Of a stretch of DNA of 64,000 bases, positions 10,201-19,327 are shown piece by piece. This stretch comes from an uncultured virus (IMG/VR IMGVR_UViG_3300020048_000025) (lineage: Duplodnaviria; Heunggongvirae; Uroviricota; Caudoviricetes), in the IMG/VR virus record IMGVR_UViG_3300020048_000025. One strand, written 5' to 3'. Position 1 is the stretch's first letter; the number at the start of each line of letters is the position of its first letter. Position numbers and translations under genes: made by a program. The notes beneath the pieces are model-generated. The model did no database searches, was not told the DNA's origin, and was given only the letters and a program-made list of their open reading frames with translations.

Positions 10201-11302
10201 AAACCAAATCGTAAACATATCCGGTTCATTGAACGCAACTGGAAGTGTAAACATATACAAATCAGGTTCGTCTCCACTTATAGTTAGTGGATCGCAAGGC
10301 CCGCTATTTGAAGTAACCGATTCTGTATCCGGTTCATTATGGACGATATATACTGGATCGTTACCTATATTTGACGTATCTTCGGGTCGCGTTATGACTT
10401 TAAGTGGTTCTGCAACCATTACCGGCAGCTTAAACGTACAAAACGGTATTACCGCATCGCTATTCGGTACATCATCATGGGCTGTAAACGCTGTATCTTC
10501 ATCCAAAACTATTTCATCGTCATATGCCGATGTTGCCTCAGCAGTATATGTTACCGGTGCAACTGAGGCCGGAACTACATACTATATACCCATAGCTAAC
10601 GATTTAGGTATAACCCCAGTTGACGATAGAACGTTATATCAATCATCCATATCAATTAACGGAAGTAACGTATTCATCAACAGTGGAGCCGGTACACTTA
10701 ACGCTACCGCATCATATGCCACTAAAGCTGTATCCGCTTCGTTTGCTTCCACTGCATCATATGTTAACCAGCTAAACCAAATTGTAAACATATCCGGTTC
10801 AATTAACGCAACAGGTAGCGTAAATGTATACAAATCGGGTTCAACCGTATTTGCCGTTAGTGGATCAAATGGCGTGTTATTTGATGTAGAAGATGCTGTA
10901 TCTGGTTCGCTATTTACAGTATGGACTGGATCTAACCGCATACTACAAGTCAATTCCGACTACACAACAATATTGGGTGGTGCTTCCAGTGCAGCAGCAT
11001 TATTCACCACAACCAAAAACACAGTAACCAGTGGTTCAACCACACTATATACACTACCAACTGCATCATACGATAGTATCCATATCGACTACAATATTCG
11101 AAGTGGTTCTGTAGCTAGAGCAGGAAATTTATTTGCCATATGGAGTGGAAGTAGCGTAAACCAAATCGAAACATCCGCGTCATCATTCGGAGACACATCC
11201 GGATTCACATTTGGTGTAATCGTATCTGGCGGTAACTTAGCATTAACCGGATCTACTTCAACAAGTAGCTGGACAGTTAAAACAATTATTCGTAGCATTT
11301 AA
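7295..11302 (+). CDS. Long tail fibre protein with (A/T)QTASYV nonapeptide repeats
   Basis: Dozens of TASYV..AQ repeats and GS-rich beta segments; N-terminus shared with the 11319 ORF (VSQS.DAFTG..AYDI..SGSF). Confidence 0.75.
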   Translation: MAKILSNNGIVLNQIIYPQQVSQSIDAFTGAEAYDITVSGSFTVTGSTLIDGNVTVDGAITMEGNVVAPNLTSTAQSDVVTYNPINGQFYYTSSNAISPATASNAVSASYAATASYVANAQTASYVATASWAFNAVTASYVQNAQTASYVTLAQTASYVLNAVSASYATTASYVANAQTASYVTLAQTASYVNQAVSASYTTTASYAVSSSAADSAISASYSTTASFAQNATSASYAVSASYANSSNTASYVTTAQTASYVTLAQTASYVATASYSNNSTTASYALTASYLTGYVSPFPFTGSALITGSLGVTGSANISGDLVVNGTASFNVFHTIYNSSSIIYASGSTKFGDTSDDTHQFTGSLYVSGSVTADTFTGTASYATQAATASFVTLAQTASYVTLAQTSSYVNQAVSASYSTTSSFVANAQTASYVTLAQTASYVNQAASASFASTASYVVNAQTASYVTLAQTASYVANAQTASYVAQAVSASYATTSSFATQSTTASYITLAQTASYVATASYSNNSLSSSYALTASHVTGIVAAFPYTGSAQITGSLGVTGSVDIYKSGSTVLSVNGSTGTLITVTDTNSGALLTVATGSTNILVVDSSLVTTITGSLNVQNGVTASLFGTASWALNSTTASFVTTAQTASYVLNAVSSSFATTSSYAQNAVTASFVTLAQTASYVTLAQTSSYVNQAVSSSYATTASYAANGGVTQLFAGPNITLSPTTGVGQVTISSTGAGTYYNTSTGSYGSFYDTTTQTNPVANVPRSMSLNTTDITNGVSVSGSSSPFNTYLKIANAGVYNIQFSAQLYKTDSGTDFIDIWLRRNGVDLMDSATNVALIGNHDRQVAAWNWFATAGAGDYYQIMWASADTDAQLLAEPATGVHPGIPSVIATVNRIDTFLSNTGSFSGSFTGVLNGTASYATQAATASYVLNAVSASFASTSSYVLNAVSSSFASTASYVNQLNQIVNISGSLNATGSVNIYKSGSSPLIVSGSQGPLFEVTDSVSGSLWTIYTGSLPIFDVSSGRVMTLSGSATITGSLNVQNGITASLFGTSSWAVNAVSSSKTISSSYADVASAVYVTGATEAGTTYYIPIANDLGITPVDDRTLYQSSISINGSNVFINSGAGTLNATASYATKAVSASFASTASYVNQLNQIVNISGSINATGSVNVYKSGSTVFAVSGSNGVLFDVEDAVSGSLFTVWTGSNRILQVNSDYTTILGGASSAAALFTTTKNTVTSGSTTLYTLPTASYDSIHIDYNIRSGSVARAGNLFAIWSGSSVNQIETSASSFGDTSGFTFGVIVSGGNLALTGSTSTSSWTVKTIIRSI

Positions 11303-11318
11303 CACAAATATATAATTC

Positions 11319-13313
11319 ATGGCAAAAAGATTAGACAAATCAGACATAGTATCGCTAAACACCATACGTCCATACCATGTATCCCAATCCGTGGATGCAT
11401 TTACGGGAACCGATGCATACGATATCAATATATCTGGTTCATTCCAGGTTACGGGATCCACTATTCTATCAGGTAGTGTAACTATACAAACACTCACAAA
11501 CCCAGCACAAACCGACGTCCTCACATATAATTCAAGCACGGGGCGTGTGTATTACACAGCCTCGAATGCTTTTGGTGCACCATTAGACACTGGTTCGTTT
11601 TACAAACAAAACGGAAACTCATTTGGTACCACAGCGGTGTTAGGTACAAACGACAACAACGCGTTGCGATTTGAAACAAACGCAACTACCAAAATGCATA
11701 TTGGTACTGATGGTAATGTAGGTGTCAACACAACTACACCACTTGGTAAATTTACCGTGAGTGGAAGTGGAGGATATCTATCGTACAACGATACTGATGC
11801 TGCTGGAAATTTAGTGGTATTGTCTGGTTCATCAGACGAGCTAGTACGCAACGATGTAACAGCATTGTCTGGTTCATTTTCCACCATACTTTCATATGGT
11901 GTTCGTGGGGTAGACGAAACATCCCATCCCGGATATGGTAAACCTGGAGATGCATTCATATATGCCTCAAATCTTGCAAACGGTCTAAACATTATCAACC
12001 AGGGGGCATTTGGAAGTATCAAAGAAGACTACATCCGATTATATGCTGGTGCAGATGCAGATTCAAGTGCAATTAATTACATCCCAGACATTCATGTACA
12101 AGGTTCCGGAAGTACTCGAGGATATGTAGGTATCCATACCGAAACACCAACAGCCCACTTACACGTAAGTGGTTCATTAGCAAATGGTAGAACGGTATTA
12201 ACCACAGGTTTGTTTTCCCACGCAGAAGGTAGAGACACATTTGCTTCCGGTGCATATTCACATGCAGAGGGTACTGGCAGTATAGCTGAGGAATGGTACA
12301 CACATGCTGAAGGTCGCCAAACAATAGCTCGTGGAATTTATTCACACGCTGAAGGGCGAGATACTTTATCATCCGGTGCAAGTTCACACACCGAGGGATA
12401 TTTAACCACATCATCCGGCGATTATTCACACGCTGAAGGATACCTAGGTAGATCCAGCGGTAATTATTCACACGCAGAAGGAAAACAAACACTCGCATCT
12501 GGTGCATATTCACATGCAGAAGGTTCAGGCAGTATTGCATCTGGAGACATATCACATGCTGAAGGTAGATTTACCACTGCATCTGGTGATTATTCACACG
12601 CTGAAGGACTCAGCACAAATGCAGGAGGATTCGCATCACACGCAGAAGGCAAAGAAACCACCACTATTGGCTTCAGCTCACACGCAGAAGGTTCCGGTAG
12701 TATTGCATCTGGAGATGTATCACACGCAGAAGGTAGAGAAACATTTGCCTCCGGTGCATATTCACACGCTGAAGGATTCTACACAACTGCATCCGGGGTT
12801 GCATCACATGCAGATGGACGATCCACATGGGCAAAAGGTGATTTATCCCACGCTGAAGGGCAATACACCACAGCACATGGTGATTCATCCCACGCTGAAG
12901 GAGCTTATACAATTGCATCCGGTTCATATTCGCATGCAGAAGGTTCGGGTAGTATTGCATATGGATTTGGTTCCAATGCTAGTGGAAGAGAAACCCAAGC
13001 AATTGGAGACTACTCATATGCGGGTGGTATTAACACAATCGCATCTGGATCCCCACAACACGTTGTAGGAAAATACAATACCCAGGGCGACGATACATCA
13101 TTATTCATTGTAGGAAATGGTGATTCAATCACATTAAGAGACGCATTTAAAGTTACACACAGCAGCTCAATTATTGTCGCTACTCAATCAATTGCCCCAT
13201 CTTGGGTGGGTGTAGAAGGTGAAATTAAACCAGTAGCTACTGGCGGTAACTATTACTTGTACGTGTATATAGGAGGAAATTGGAGAAGAACCGCACTTAC
13301 ACTAGCGCCATAA
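11319..13313 (+). CDS. Tail fibre/adhesin with YadA-head-like SHAEG repeats
   Basis: About 20 14-residue repeats of the form T.ASG.YSHAEG; C-terminus shared with the 59986 ORF. Confidence 0.75.
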   Translation: MAKRLDKSDIVSLNTIRPYHVSQSVDAFTGTDAYDINISGSFQVTGSTILSGSVTIQTLTNPAQTDVLTYNSSTGRVYYTASNAFGAPLDTGSFYKQNGNSFGTTAVLGTNDNNALRFETNATTKMHIGTDGNVGVNTTTPLGKFTVSGSGGYLSYNDTDAAGNLVVLSGSSDELVRNDVTALSGSFSTILSYGVRGVDETSHPGYGKPGDAFIYASNLANGLNIINQGAFGSIKEDYIRLYAGADADSSAINYIPDIHVQGSGSTRGYVGIHTETPTAHLHVSGSLANGRTVLTTGLFSHAEGRDTFASGAYSHAEGTGSIAEEWYTHAEGRQTIARGIYSHAEGRDTLSSGASSHTEGYLTTSSGDYSHAEGYLGRSSGNYSHAEGKQTLASGAYSHAEGSGSIASGDISHAEGRFTTASGDYSHAEGLSTNAGGFASHAEGKETTTIGFSSHAEGSGSIASGDVSHAEGRETFASGAYSHAEGFYTTASGVASHADGRSTWAKGDLSHAEGQYTTAHGDSSHAEGAYTIASGSYSHAEGSGSIAYGFGSNASGRETQAIGDYSYAGGINTIASGSPQHVVGKYNTQGDDTSLFIVGNGDSITLRDAFKVTHSSSIIVATQSIAPSWVGVEGEIKPVATGGNYYLYVYIGGNWRRTALTLAP

Positions 13314-13393
13314 ACCATAACATATTGGTATAAGTTACAACAAAACTCAACTTACATAACCCAGATATATATTTATATTAAAAAATAAAAGTC

Positions 13394-13657
13394 ATGTCAA
13401 TAATTACAGAAAAAAAAGCACTTTCACCAGAAGATCTATCCACACTGCGTGATATACAAGAAAAAACTCAAACCCTAGTGTTCACACTAGGGGAAATTGA
13501 GATCATGCGACTTCAATTGAACGAACGCCACGAGGAAGCAAAAAAACAATTGCTTGACCTTACAAACCGTGAAAACGCATTCAACACGTTATTGTCAAAC
13601 AAATACGGTGATATTGAACTTGACCCAACAACGGGTGAATTTAACGTATCCAACTAG
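13394..13657 (+). CDS. Small coiled-coil protein
   Basis: 87-aa ORF ending KYGDIELDPTTGEF, preceded by the late motif at 13369. Confidence 0.6.
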   Translation: MSIITEKKALSPEDLSTLRDIQEKTQTLVFTLGEIEIMRLQLNERHEEAKKQLLDLTNRENAFNTLLSNKYGDIELDPTTGEFNVSN

Positions 13658-13708
13658 TTGTTTGTAGTTTATGCATATTTATAATTAAATAAAACCATAC
13701 ATTAAATC

Positions 13709-15418
13709 ATGTCTGAAACTTTAATATCTCCCGGTATACAAATAAACGAAAATGACCAATCATTCATCACCCAGCAAGTACTTCAAGCTGGTGCAGCAAT
13801 AATTGGCCCTGCCGTTAAAGGACCCGTAAACATACCAACAATAGTTACCACATATTCAGATTACCAAAACATTTTCGGTGAAGTATTTGAAAGTGGTTCC
13901 CAAACATACGAATATTTTACGTCCATATCAGCTAAAAACTATTTCGATGCCGGGGGAGGTGGTTCATTGTTAGTTACCCGCGTTGTAAGCGGCTCATTCA
14001 CACCCGCTACCGCATCTATAAACAAGTCCGGTTCATCATCACCTGCGTTCATTATTGAAACGTTGTCTGAGGGTGTAATCATGAACAACGAGGGCCCACA
14101 AAACCCAGACGGCTCATTACCTAGCGGATCATTAGACAATATTCGATGGGAAATTAAAGCAGCAAATACTGCATCAGGTACATTTACATTAATGGTCAGA
14201 CAAGGAACAGACAATACCAAATCCCCATCTGTACTTGAAACATTCAACAATTTATCATTAGATCCATACTCAAACAACTACATCGAAAAACGCATTGGTA
14301 ACTCAACACAAAATATCGCCAGCGATGCTGGTGACTATTACTTGTCATCAACTGGAAGTTTCGCAAATTTATCTCGCTACATACGAGTTAAATCAGTACT
14401 TGCAACTACACCAAACTATTTAGACAATTCAAACCTACCTAAAGCAATATATACTGGAAGTTTACCATTCCCATCCAGTGGCTCATTTGGTGGTGCTCAA
14501 GGAAGCAATATCCCATCCACACCAGGTGAATATTACGAGAATATAAACGGTAATTTACCACAGGGTATACCAACATCGTCATACAATGATGTAATACAAT
14601 TATTAGCAAATAAAGAAGCATATTTATTCAAATACATTACCACACCTGGATTGATATTTGCAAACCATTTCCAGACCGTTACATCGTTAATCAACATGGT
14701 TCAAGAGCGAAACGACACAATGGCGGTGATTGATTCATCACCATATGGTTCAAACGTGGGAGATGTTACCTCAAATGTACAATTACTTGATACATCATTT
14801 GCTGCTACTTATTGGCCATGGGTTCAATTAAACAATTCACAGAATACTCAAGTGTGGGTACCTGCATCCACTATCATCCCCAACGTATACGCATTTAATG
14901 ATGTTGTATCCAAACCATGGTTCGCTCCCGCTGGTGTAAACCGTGGAAGACTTACACAGGTATCTCAACTTGAGAGAGTTGTCACCCAAACAGTACGTGA
15001 TAATTTATACAAAGCAAACGTTAACCCAATCACACTATTCCCAGGATATGGTACAACCGTTTACGGTCAGAAAACGTTATCGAAAAAGCCAAGCGCATTG
15101 GATAGAGTAAACGTTAGACGTTTGCTAATCGAATTGAAAAGCTTCATCGGCCAATTCGCAAACACATTAGTATTTGAGCAAAACAACCAAATCACTCGTG
15201 ACCGATTCTTAACCCAAGTTAACTCATACCTAAACCAGGTACAGTTGCAACAAGGTTTAGACGATTTCGATGTAATCATGGACGAAACAAACAACACACC
15301 AGATGTAATCGACAACAACCAATTAGTAGGTCAAGTATATATCAAACCAACACGCTCTGCGGAATTCATTTTACTTGAATTCAACATATTACCAAGCAGC
15401 GCTACATTAGGTGGATAG
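13709..15418 (+). CDS. Tail sheath protein 1
   Basis: SPGIQINEND start; PWFAPAGVNRG; GQKTL..SALDRVNVRRLL; IKPTRSAEFI. Confidence 0.93.
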   Translation: MSETLISPGIQINENDQSFITQQVLQAGAAIIGPAVKGPVNIPTIVTTYSDYQNIFGEVFESGSQTYEYFTSISAKNYFDAGGGGSLLVTRVVSGSFTPATASINKSGSSSPAFIIETLSEGVIMNNEGPQNPDGSLPSGSLDNIRWEIKAANTASGTFTLMVRQGTDNTKSPSVLETFNNLSLDPYSNNYIEKRIGNSTQNIASDAGDYYLSSTGSFANLSRYIRVKSVLATTPNYLDNSNLPKAIYTGSLPFPSSGSFGGAQGSNIPSTPGEYYENINGNLPQGIPTSSYNDVIQLLANKEAYLFKYITTPGLIFANHFQTVTSLINMVQERNDTMAVIDSSPYGSNVGDVTSNVQLLDTSFAATYWPWVQLNNSQNTQVWVPASTIIPNVYAFNDVVSKPWFAPAGVNRGRLTQVSQLERVVTQTVRDNLYKANVNPITLFPGYGTTVYGQKTLSKKPSALDRVNVRRLLIELKSFIGQFANTLVFEQNNQITRDRFLTQVNSYLNQVQLQQGLDDFDVIMDETNNTPDVIDNNQLVGQVYIKPTRSAEFILLEFNILPSSATLGG

Positions 15419-15466
15419 TAATTTGACTTTACATAGACATATTAATATTTATAACTAAAAATAAAC

Positions 15467-17212
15467 ATGGGCAATTTCACAACTTCACCAGGAGTAACAC
15501 TAAACGAGGTAGATCAAACATACCTCTCCGGCCAGCCAGTACAAGCGGGTGCGGCTATAATAGGACCTACAGTTAAAGGTCCCGTAGAAATTCCAACTGT
15601 GGTTACATCATATTCAGAATATAAAAATATATTTGGCGATGTTTTAACAAGTGGGAGTGACGTATATTCATACCTTACATCAATAACTGCATACAACTAT
15701 TTCAATTATGGTGGTAAATCATTAATTGTAGCTAGAGTAGCAAGTGGTTCATTTACATCAGCAACTTCATCATTCGTTGGCGACAATGCATTATTCGTAA
15801 CAGACGGATACGTACAACCAGGATACGTTGCTGCAAGCAGCAGCCGTAACTTATTTCAGCTTGAAACAATATCTGAGGGTATAATCATGAACAATGATGT
15901 AAGAAACGTAGATGATGTATTAATTAACGGAACTCCAGACAACATTCATTTCCAAATCACATCACCAAACACTGCATCTGGTACATTTAACGTACTTGTA
16001 CGTCAAGGTAATGATTTAGAAAACAAGAAATTAATTATTGAGTCATTCAACGGTGTAAGTTTAGACCCGAAAGCACCAACATATATCGCTAAAGTAATTG
16101 GTGACCAAACATACAACTACAATTCATCAACAAACCAAATGGAAATTGAAGGTTCATTCCCGAACCGTTCAAAATATATTCGTGTGGCTCAAGTAAACGT
16201 AACTACACCAGACTATTTAGACTCACAAGGTAAACCAAAAGCAGCATATGTAGACGATATACCAGCAGCACAATTAGGTACTTTTGGTGGTGCTACAGGT
16301 ACATTCGCAGCGGGTGCTAATTTCTACCACAACATCAATAGTACAAATACACAAGGTTTAGTTGCATCTAATTACGACAACATGATCAACTTGTTGTCAA
16401 ACAGAGACGAATTCCGTTTCAACTTACTTGTTGCCCCTGGATTAACTAGCAATTTACACACTGCTAAAATCAACACAATCATCAGCAACACACAAGAGAG
16501 AGGCGACAGTTTATTCATCGCTGACTTAACAGACTACAACGGAACAGTAGGTGACGCAATTACACAAGCACAAGCAATTGACAATTCATATGTTGCTTCA
16601 TACTGGCCATGGTTAAACATTGTGGACCCAGCTACAGGAAAATACGTTTGGGTTCCAGCATCAACATTGATACCAGGTGTATACGCAAACAACGACAATA
16701 TTTCAGCTCCTTGGTTCGCACCAGCAGGTATAAACAGAGGTGGTTTATCAACTGTACTACGCGCTCAATACAAATTGACACAGGGTCAAAAAGACGATTT
16801 ATACACAAACAATATCAACCCAATCAATACATTCCCAAAACAAGGTGTGGTTGTATTTGGTCAGAAAACATTGCAAAAAGGTAATTCTGCACTAGATAGA
16901 GTAAACGTAAGACGTTTATTAATCGAGTTGAAAGGATACATTGGACAATTAGCAGACAACATTGTATTTGAACAAAACACATCACAAACACGTTTCTCGT
17001 TCACAAACAAAGTAGATCCATATTTGAAAAGCATTCAGCAACGTCAAGGTTTGTACGCGTACAAAATCGTAATGGATGAAAGCAACAATGGACCTGATGT
17101 AATAGACAGAAACCAATTAGTAGGTCAAATTTATATTCAACCAACAAGAACAGCAGAATTTATTTCATTGGATTTCGTATTGCTTCCAACTGGGGCAAAT
17201 TTCCCGAGTTAA
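15467..17212 (+). CDS. Tail sheath protein 2
   Basis: SPGV..NEVD; PWFAPAGINRGGL; SALDRVNVRRLL; IQPTRTAEFI. Confidence 0.93.
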   Translation: MGNFTTSPGVTLNEVDQTYLSGQPVQAGAAIIGPTVKGPVEIPTVVTSYSEYKNIFGDVLTSGSDVYSYLTSITAYNYFNYGGKSLIVARVASGSFTSATSSFVGDNALFVTDGYVQPGYVAASSSRNLFQLETISEGIIMNNDVRNVDDVLINGTPDNIHFQITSPNTASGTFNVLVRQGNDLENKKLIIESFNGVSLDPKAPTYIAKVIGDQTYNYNSSTNQMEIEGSFPNRSKYIRVAQVNVTTPDYLDSQGKPKAAYVDDIPAAQLGTFGGATGTFAAGANFYHNINSTNTQGLVASNYDNMINLLSNRDEFRFNLLVAPGLTSNLHTAKINTIISNTQERGDSLFIADLTDYNGTVGDAITQAQAIDNSYVASYWPWLNIVDPATGKYVWVPASTLIPGVYANNDNISAPWFAPAGINRGGLSTVLRAQYKLTQGQKDDLYTNNINPINTFPKQGVVVFGQKTLQKGNSALDRVNVRRLLIELKGYIGQLADNIVFEQNTSQTRFSFTNKVDPYLKSIQQRQGLYAYKIVMDESNNGPDVIDRNQLVGQIYIQPTRTAEFISLDFVLLPTGANFPS

Positions 17213-17257
17213 AAGTTAAATCCACACATATTTATAATTAAATAAAATTAGACAAAG

Positions 17258-17746
17258 ATGCCTATAATTGACTCAACACAAATACTTGGAACCCCATTCG
17301 AACCAGTACAATCCAATCGATTTGTATTATCAATGGATGGAATACCTGCATACCTAGTAAAAGGAGTATCCGCTATATCGCTTGATCAAACAGCTGTAGA
17401 ATTAAACCACATTAACGTTCAACGTTTCGTTAAAGGTAAAACTAAGTGGAACACAATTGACTTAACCCTATTCAGCGCTATTTCTCCATCCGGAGCACAA
17501 GCGGTAATGGAATGGATTCGTTTAGGTCACGAATCAGTAACCGGTAGAAATGGTTACTCGGATTTCTATAAAAAGAAACTAACATTACAAATACTTGGTC
17601 CTGTGGGAGATGTCGCATCGGAATGGATACTATATGGGTGTTTTGCAACCAACGTTAATTTCGGTGATTTTAGCTACGATGACGATGGTACTGCAGTTAA
17701 TATCAAAATGACAATCAGACCAGATTATTGCGTCCTCAATTACTAA
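17258..17746 (+). CDS. Tail tube protein (T4 gp19-like)
   Basis: FEP...NRF, GKTKW..I.LTL and EW.LYGCF motifs directly after the sheath genes. Confidence 0.85.
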   Translation: MPIIDSTQILGTPFEPVQSNRFVLSMDGIPAYLVKGVSAISLDQTAVELNHINVQRFVKGKTKWNTIDLTLFSAISPSGAQAVMEWIRLGHESVTGRNGYSDFYKKKLTLQILGPVGDVASEWILYGCFATNVNFGDFSYDDDGTAVNIKMTIRPDYCVLNY

Positions 17747-17770
17747 AATATACTTATATATTACCCAATT

Positions 17771-17798
17771 ACCCCACACCTCAAATGTGGGGTTTTTT
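17771..17798 (+). terminator. Rho-independent terminator
   Basis: ACCCCACA-CCTCAAA-TGTGGGGT plus a T run. Confidence 0.75.
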
Positions 17799-17856
17799 AT
17801 TTCCCCTTGCCCACCCCACATCCATTTAATATATTTATACACATATAATACATTGT

Positions 17857-18225
17857 ATGAAATCAAACATAAAACAACTAATACGCGAGGAAATCAAACG
17901 CATATTATCAGAGGAATACCAAGACAAATACAAAATGGTAGGTGGATTAACTACCAACCTAGAAATGCGTCCACAAAAAGAAATATTGTCAGACATACGC
18001 TCAATCACTGGAATCACCATAGTATCTGAAAAGGAGCTACTTCCATATAACGAACAAGACAAACGTAACTTCAAAGCGGTACTAACCGTAAAAGTAGACG
18101 GTTACCCATTCATCAAATCTGGTGGTTTTGACCGTAAGAAAATGGAAGAAATAGCGGCACAAATACGCAAAGTGGAAGGAGTTGTTGGATTTAATTTAAA
18201 TCCTGAGACTATCGAGACCATTTAA
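17857..18225 (+). CDS. Hypothetical virion protein
   Basis: 122-aa ORF with late motif at 17831 and N-terminal IKQLIREEIKRILSE. Confidence 0.6.
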   Translation: MKSNIKQLIREEIKRILSEEYQDKYKMVGGLTTNLEMRPQKEILSDIRSITGITIVSEKELLPYNEQDKRNFKAVLTVKVDGYPFIKSGGFDRKKMEEIAAQIRKVEGVVGFNLNPETIETI

Positions 18226-18272
18226 TATATGTATATAAGAACACACAACAAGTTATAATTAAATTCAAATCT

Positions 18273-19001
18273 ATGAGCGAATTCAAAGCACCAACCGAAA
18301 CTATCGCGTTGCCATCCAAAGGTTTACTTTATCCATCAGACAACCCATTATCAAAAGGCGAAATCGAAATAAAGTACATGGGAACAAAAGAAGAAGATAT
18401 TCTTACCAACCAAGCATTCATCAAAAACGGTACCGTTTTAGACAAACTGTTACAATCGGTAATAGTTACCCCAATCAACTACGATGACTTACTAATCGGA
18501 GACAAAAATGCAATCATGGTTGCGGCACGAGTATTGGGTTATGGAGGTGAATATTCATTTGACTACAATGGCGAATCCCACACAATTGATTTATCTCAAA
18601 TAGACAGCAAACCATTGCACGCTGAAATTGAAAAAAACAAAACAAACAATTTCACCTTCACCCTACCCCATTCAAAAAACATAGTTACCTTTAAACTATT
18701 AACCCACCGTGATGAACAAGCAATCCAGGGTGAATTGGATGGTTTGAAAAAAATCAACAAAGATTCAGCTCCTGAATTATCAACCAGATTGAAATATATG
18801 ATCACTTCGGTGGAAGGTAAAACGGATACTGCATCAGTCAGGGAATTTGTCGACAACTATTTGATCGCGCGAGATTCGCGCGCATTACGCGAATATATCA
18901 GAGAAGTTCAACCAGATGTTGATCTAACTTTTTTTCCCACCAGCGATAGCGATAGAGTCAATATTCCAATTGGGCTTGGGTTTTTTTGGCCTAGTATCTG
19001 A
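18273..19001 (+). CDS. Baseplate hub/tail assembly chaperone (T4 gp26/gp51-like)
   Basis: LPSKGLLY, KEEDILT, DLLIGDKNAIMVAARVLGYG and C-terminal FFWP; lies before the tape measure gene. Confidence 0.75.
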   Translation: MSEFKAPTETIALPSKGLLYPSDNPLSKGEIEIKYMGTKEEDILTNQAFIKNGTVLDKLLQSVIVTPINYDDLLIGDKNAIMVAARVLGYGGEYSFDYNGESHTIDLSQIDSKPLHAEIEKNKTNNFTFTLPHSKNIVTFKLLTHRDEQAIQGELDGLKKINKDSAPELSTRLKYMITSVEGKTDTASVREFVDNYLIARDSRALREYIREVQPDVDLTFFPTSDSDRVNIPIGLGFFWPSI

Positions 19002-19284
19002 TACAGCAGCCCAAGTTAGGGAAAGCGTATACACCCAAATACACGAAATTGTATTTCACGGAAACGGCGGATATGATTGGCAAACAGTATACAACATGCC
19101 AATTTATCTCCGCCGCTTTACATTCAACAAAATACAAGAACACTACACTAAACAAAACGAAGCCGCAAACAATGCCACCAAAGGTAATTCAACCACATTG
19201 ATGGATGCTAGCGGTAAAATAAACACATCTGAGGCCGCCAAACTCAAACAGACACTACCTACTAAAAAAGTAAGCTACCAATAA
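18970..19284 (+). CDS. Tail assembly chaperone extension, probably reached by frameshift from the upstream ORF
   Basis: Overlaps the upstream gene in the +1 frame across GGG-TTTTTTT; no ATG until codon ~43; YDWQTVYNMPIYLRR motif. Confidence 0.6.
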   Translation: MGLGFFGLVSDTAAQVRESVYTQIHEIVFHGNGGYDWQTVYNMPIYLRRFTFNKIQEHYTKQNEAANNATKGNSTTLMDASGKINTSEAAKLKQTLPTKKVSYQ

Positions 19285-19327
19285 AGTTATATTTACCCAA
19301 TATTTATAACGAAAAATATCCCATCAA

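Noticed and set aside
7600..13000. Regular short DNA repeats resembling a CRISPR array
   Set aside because: They are in-frame coding repeats (TASYV, SHAEG) with synonymous variation, no unique spacers and no cas genes
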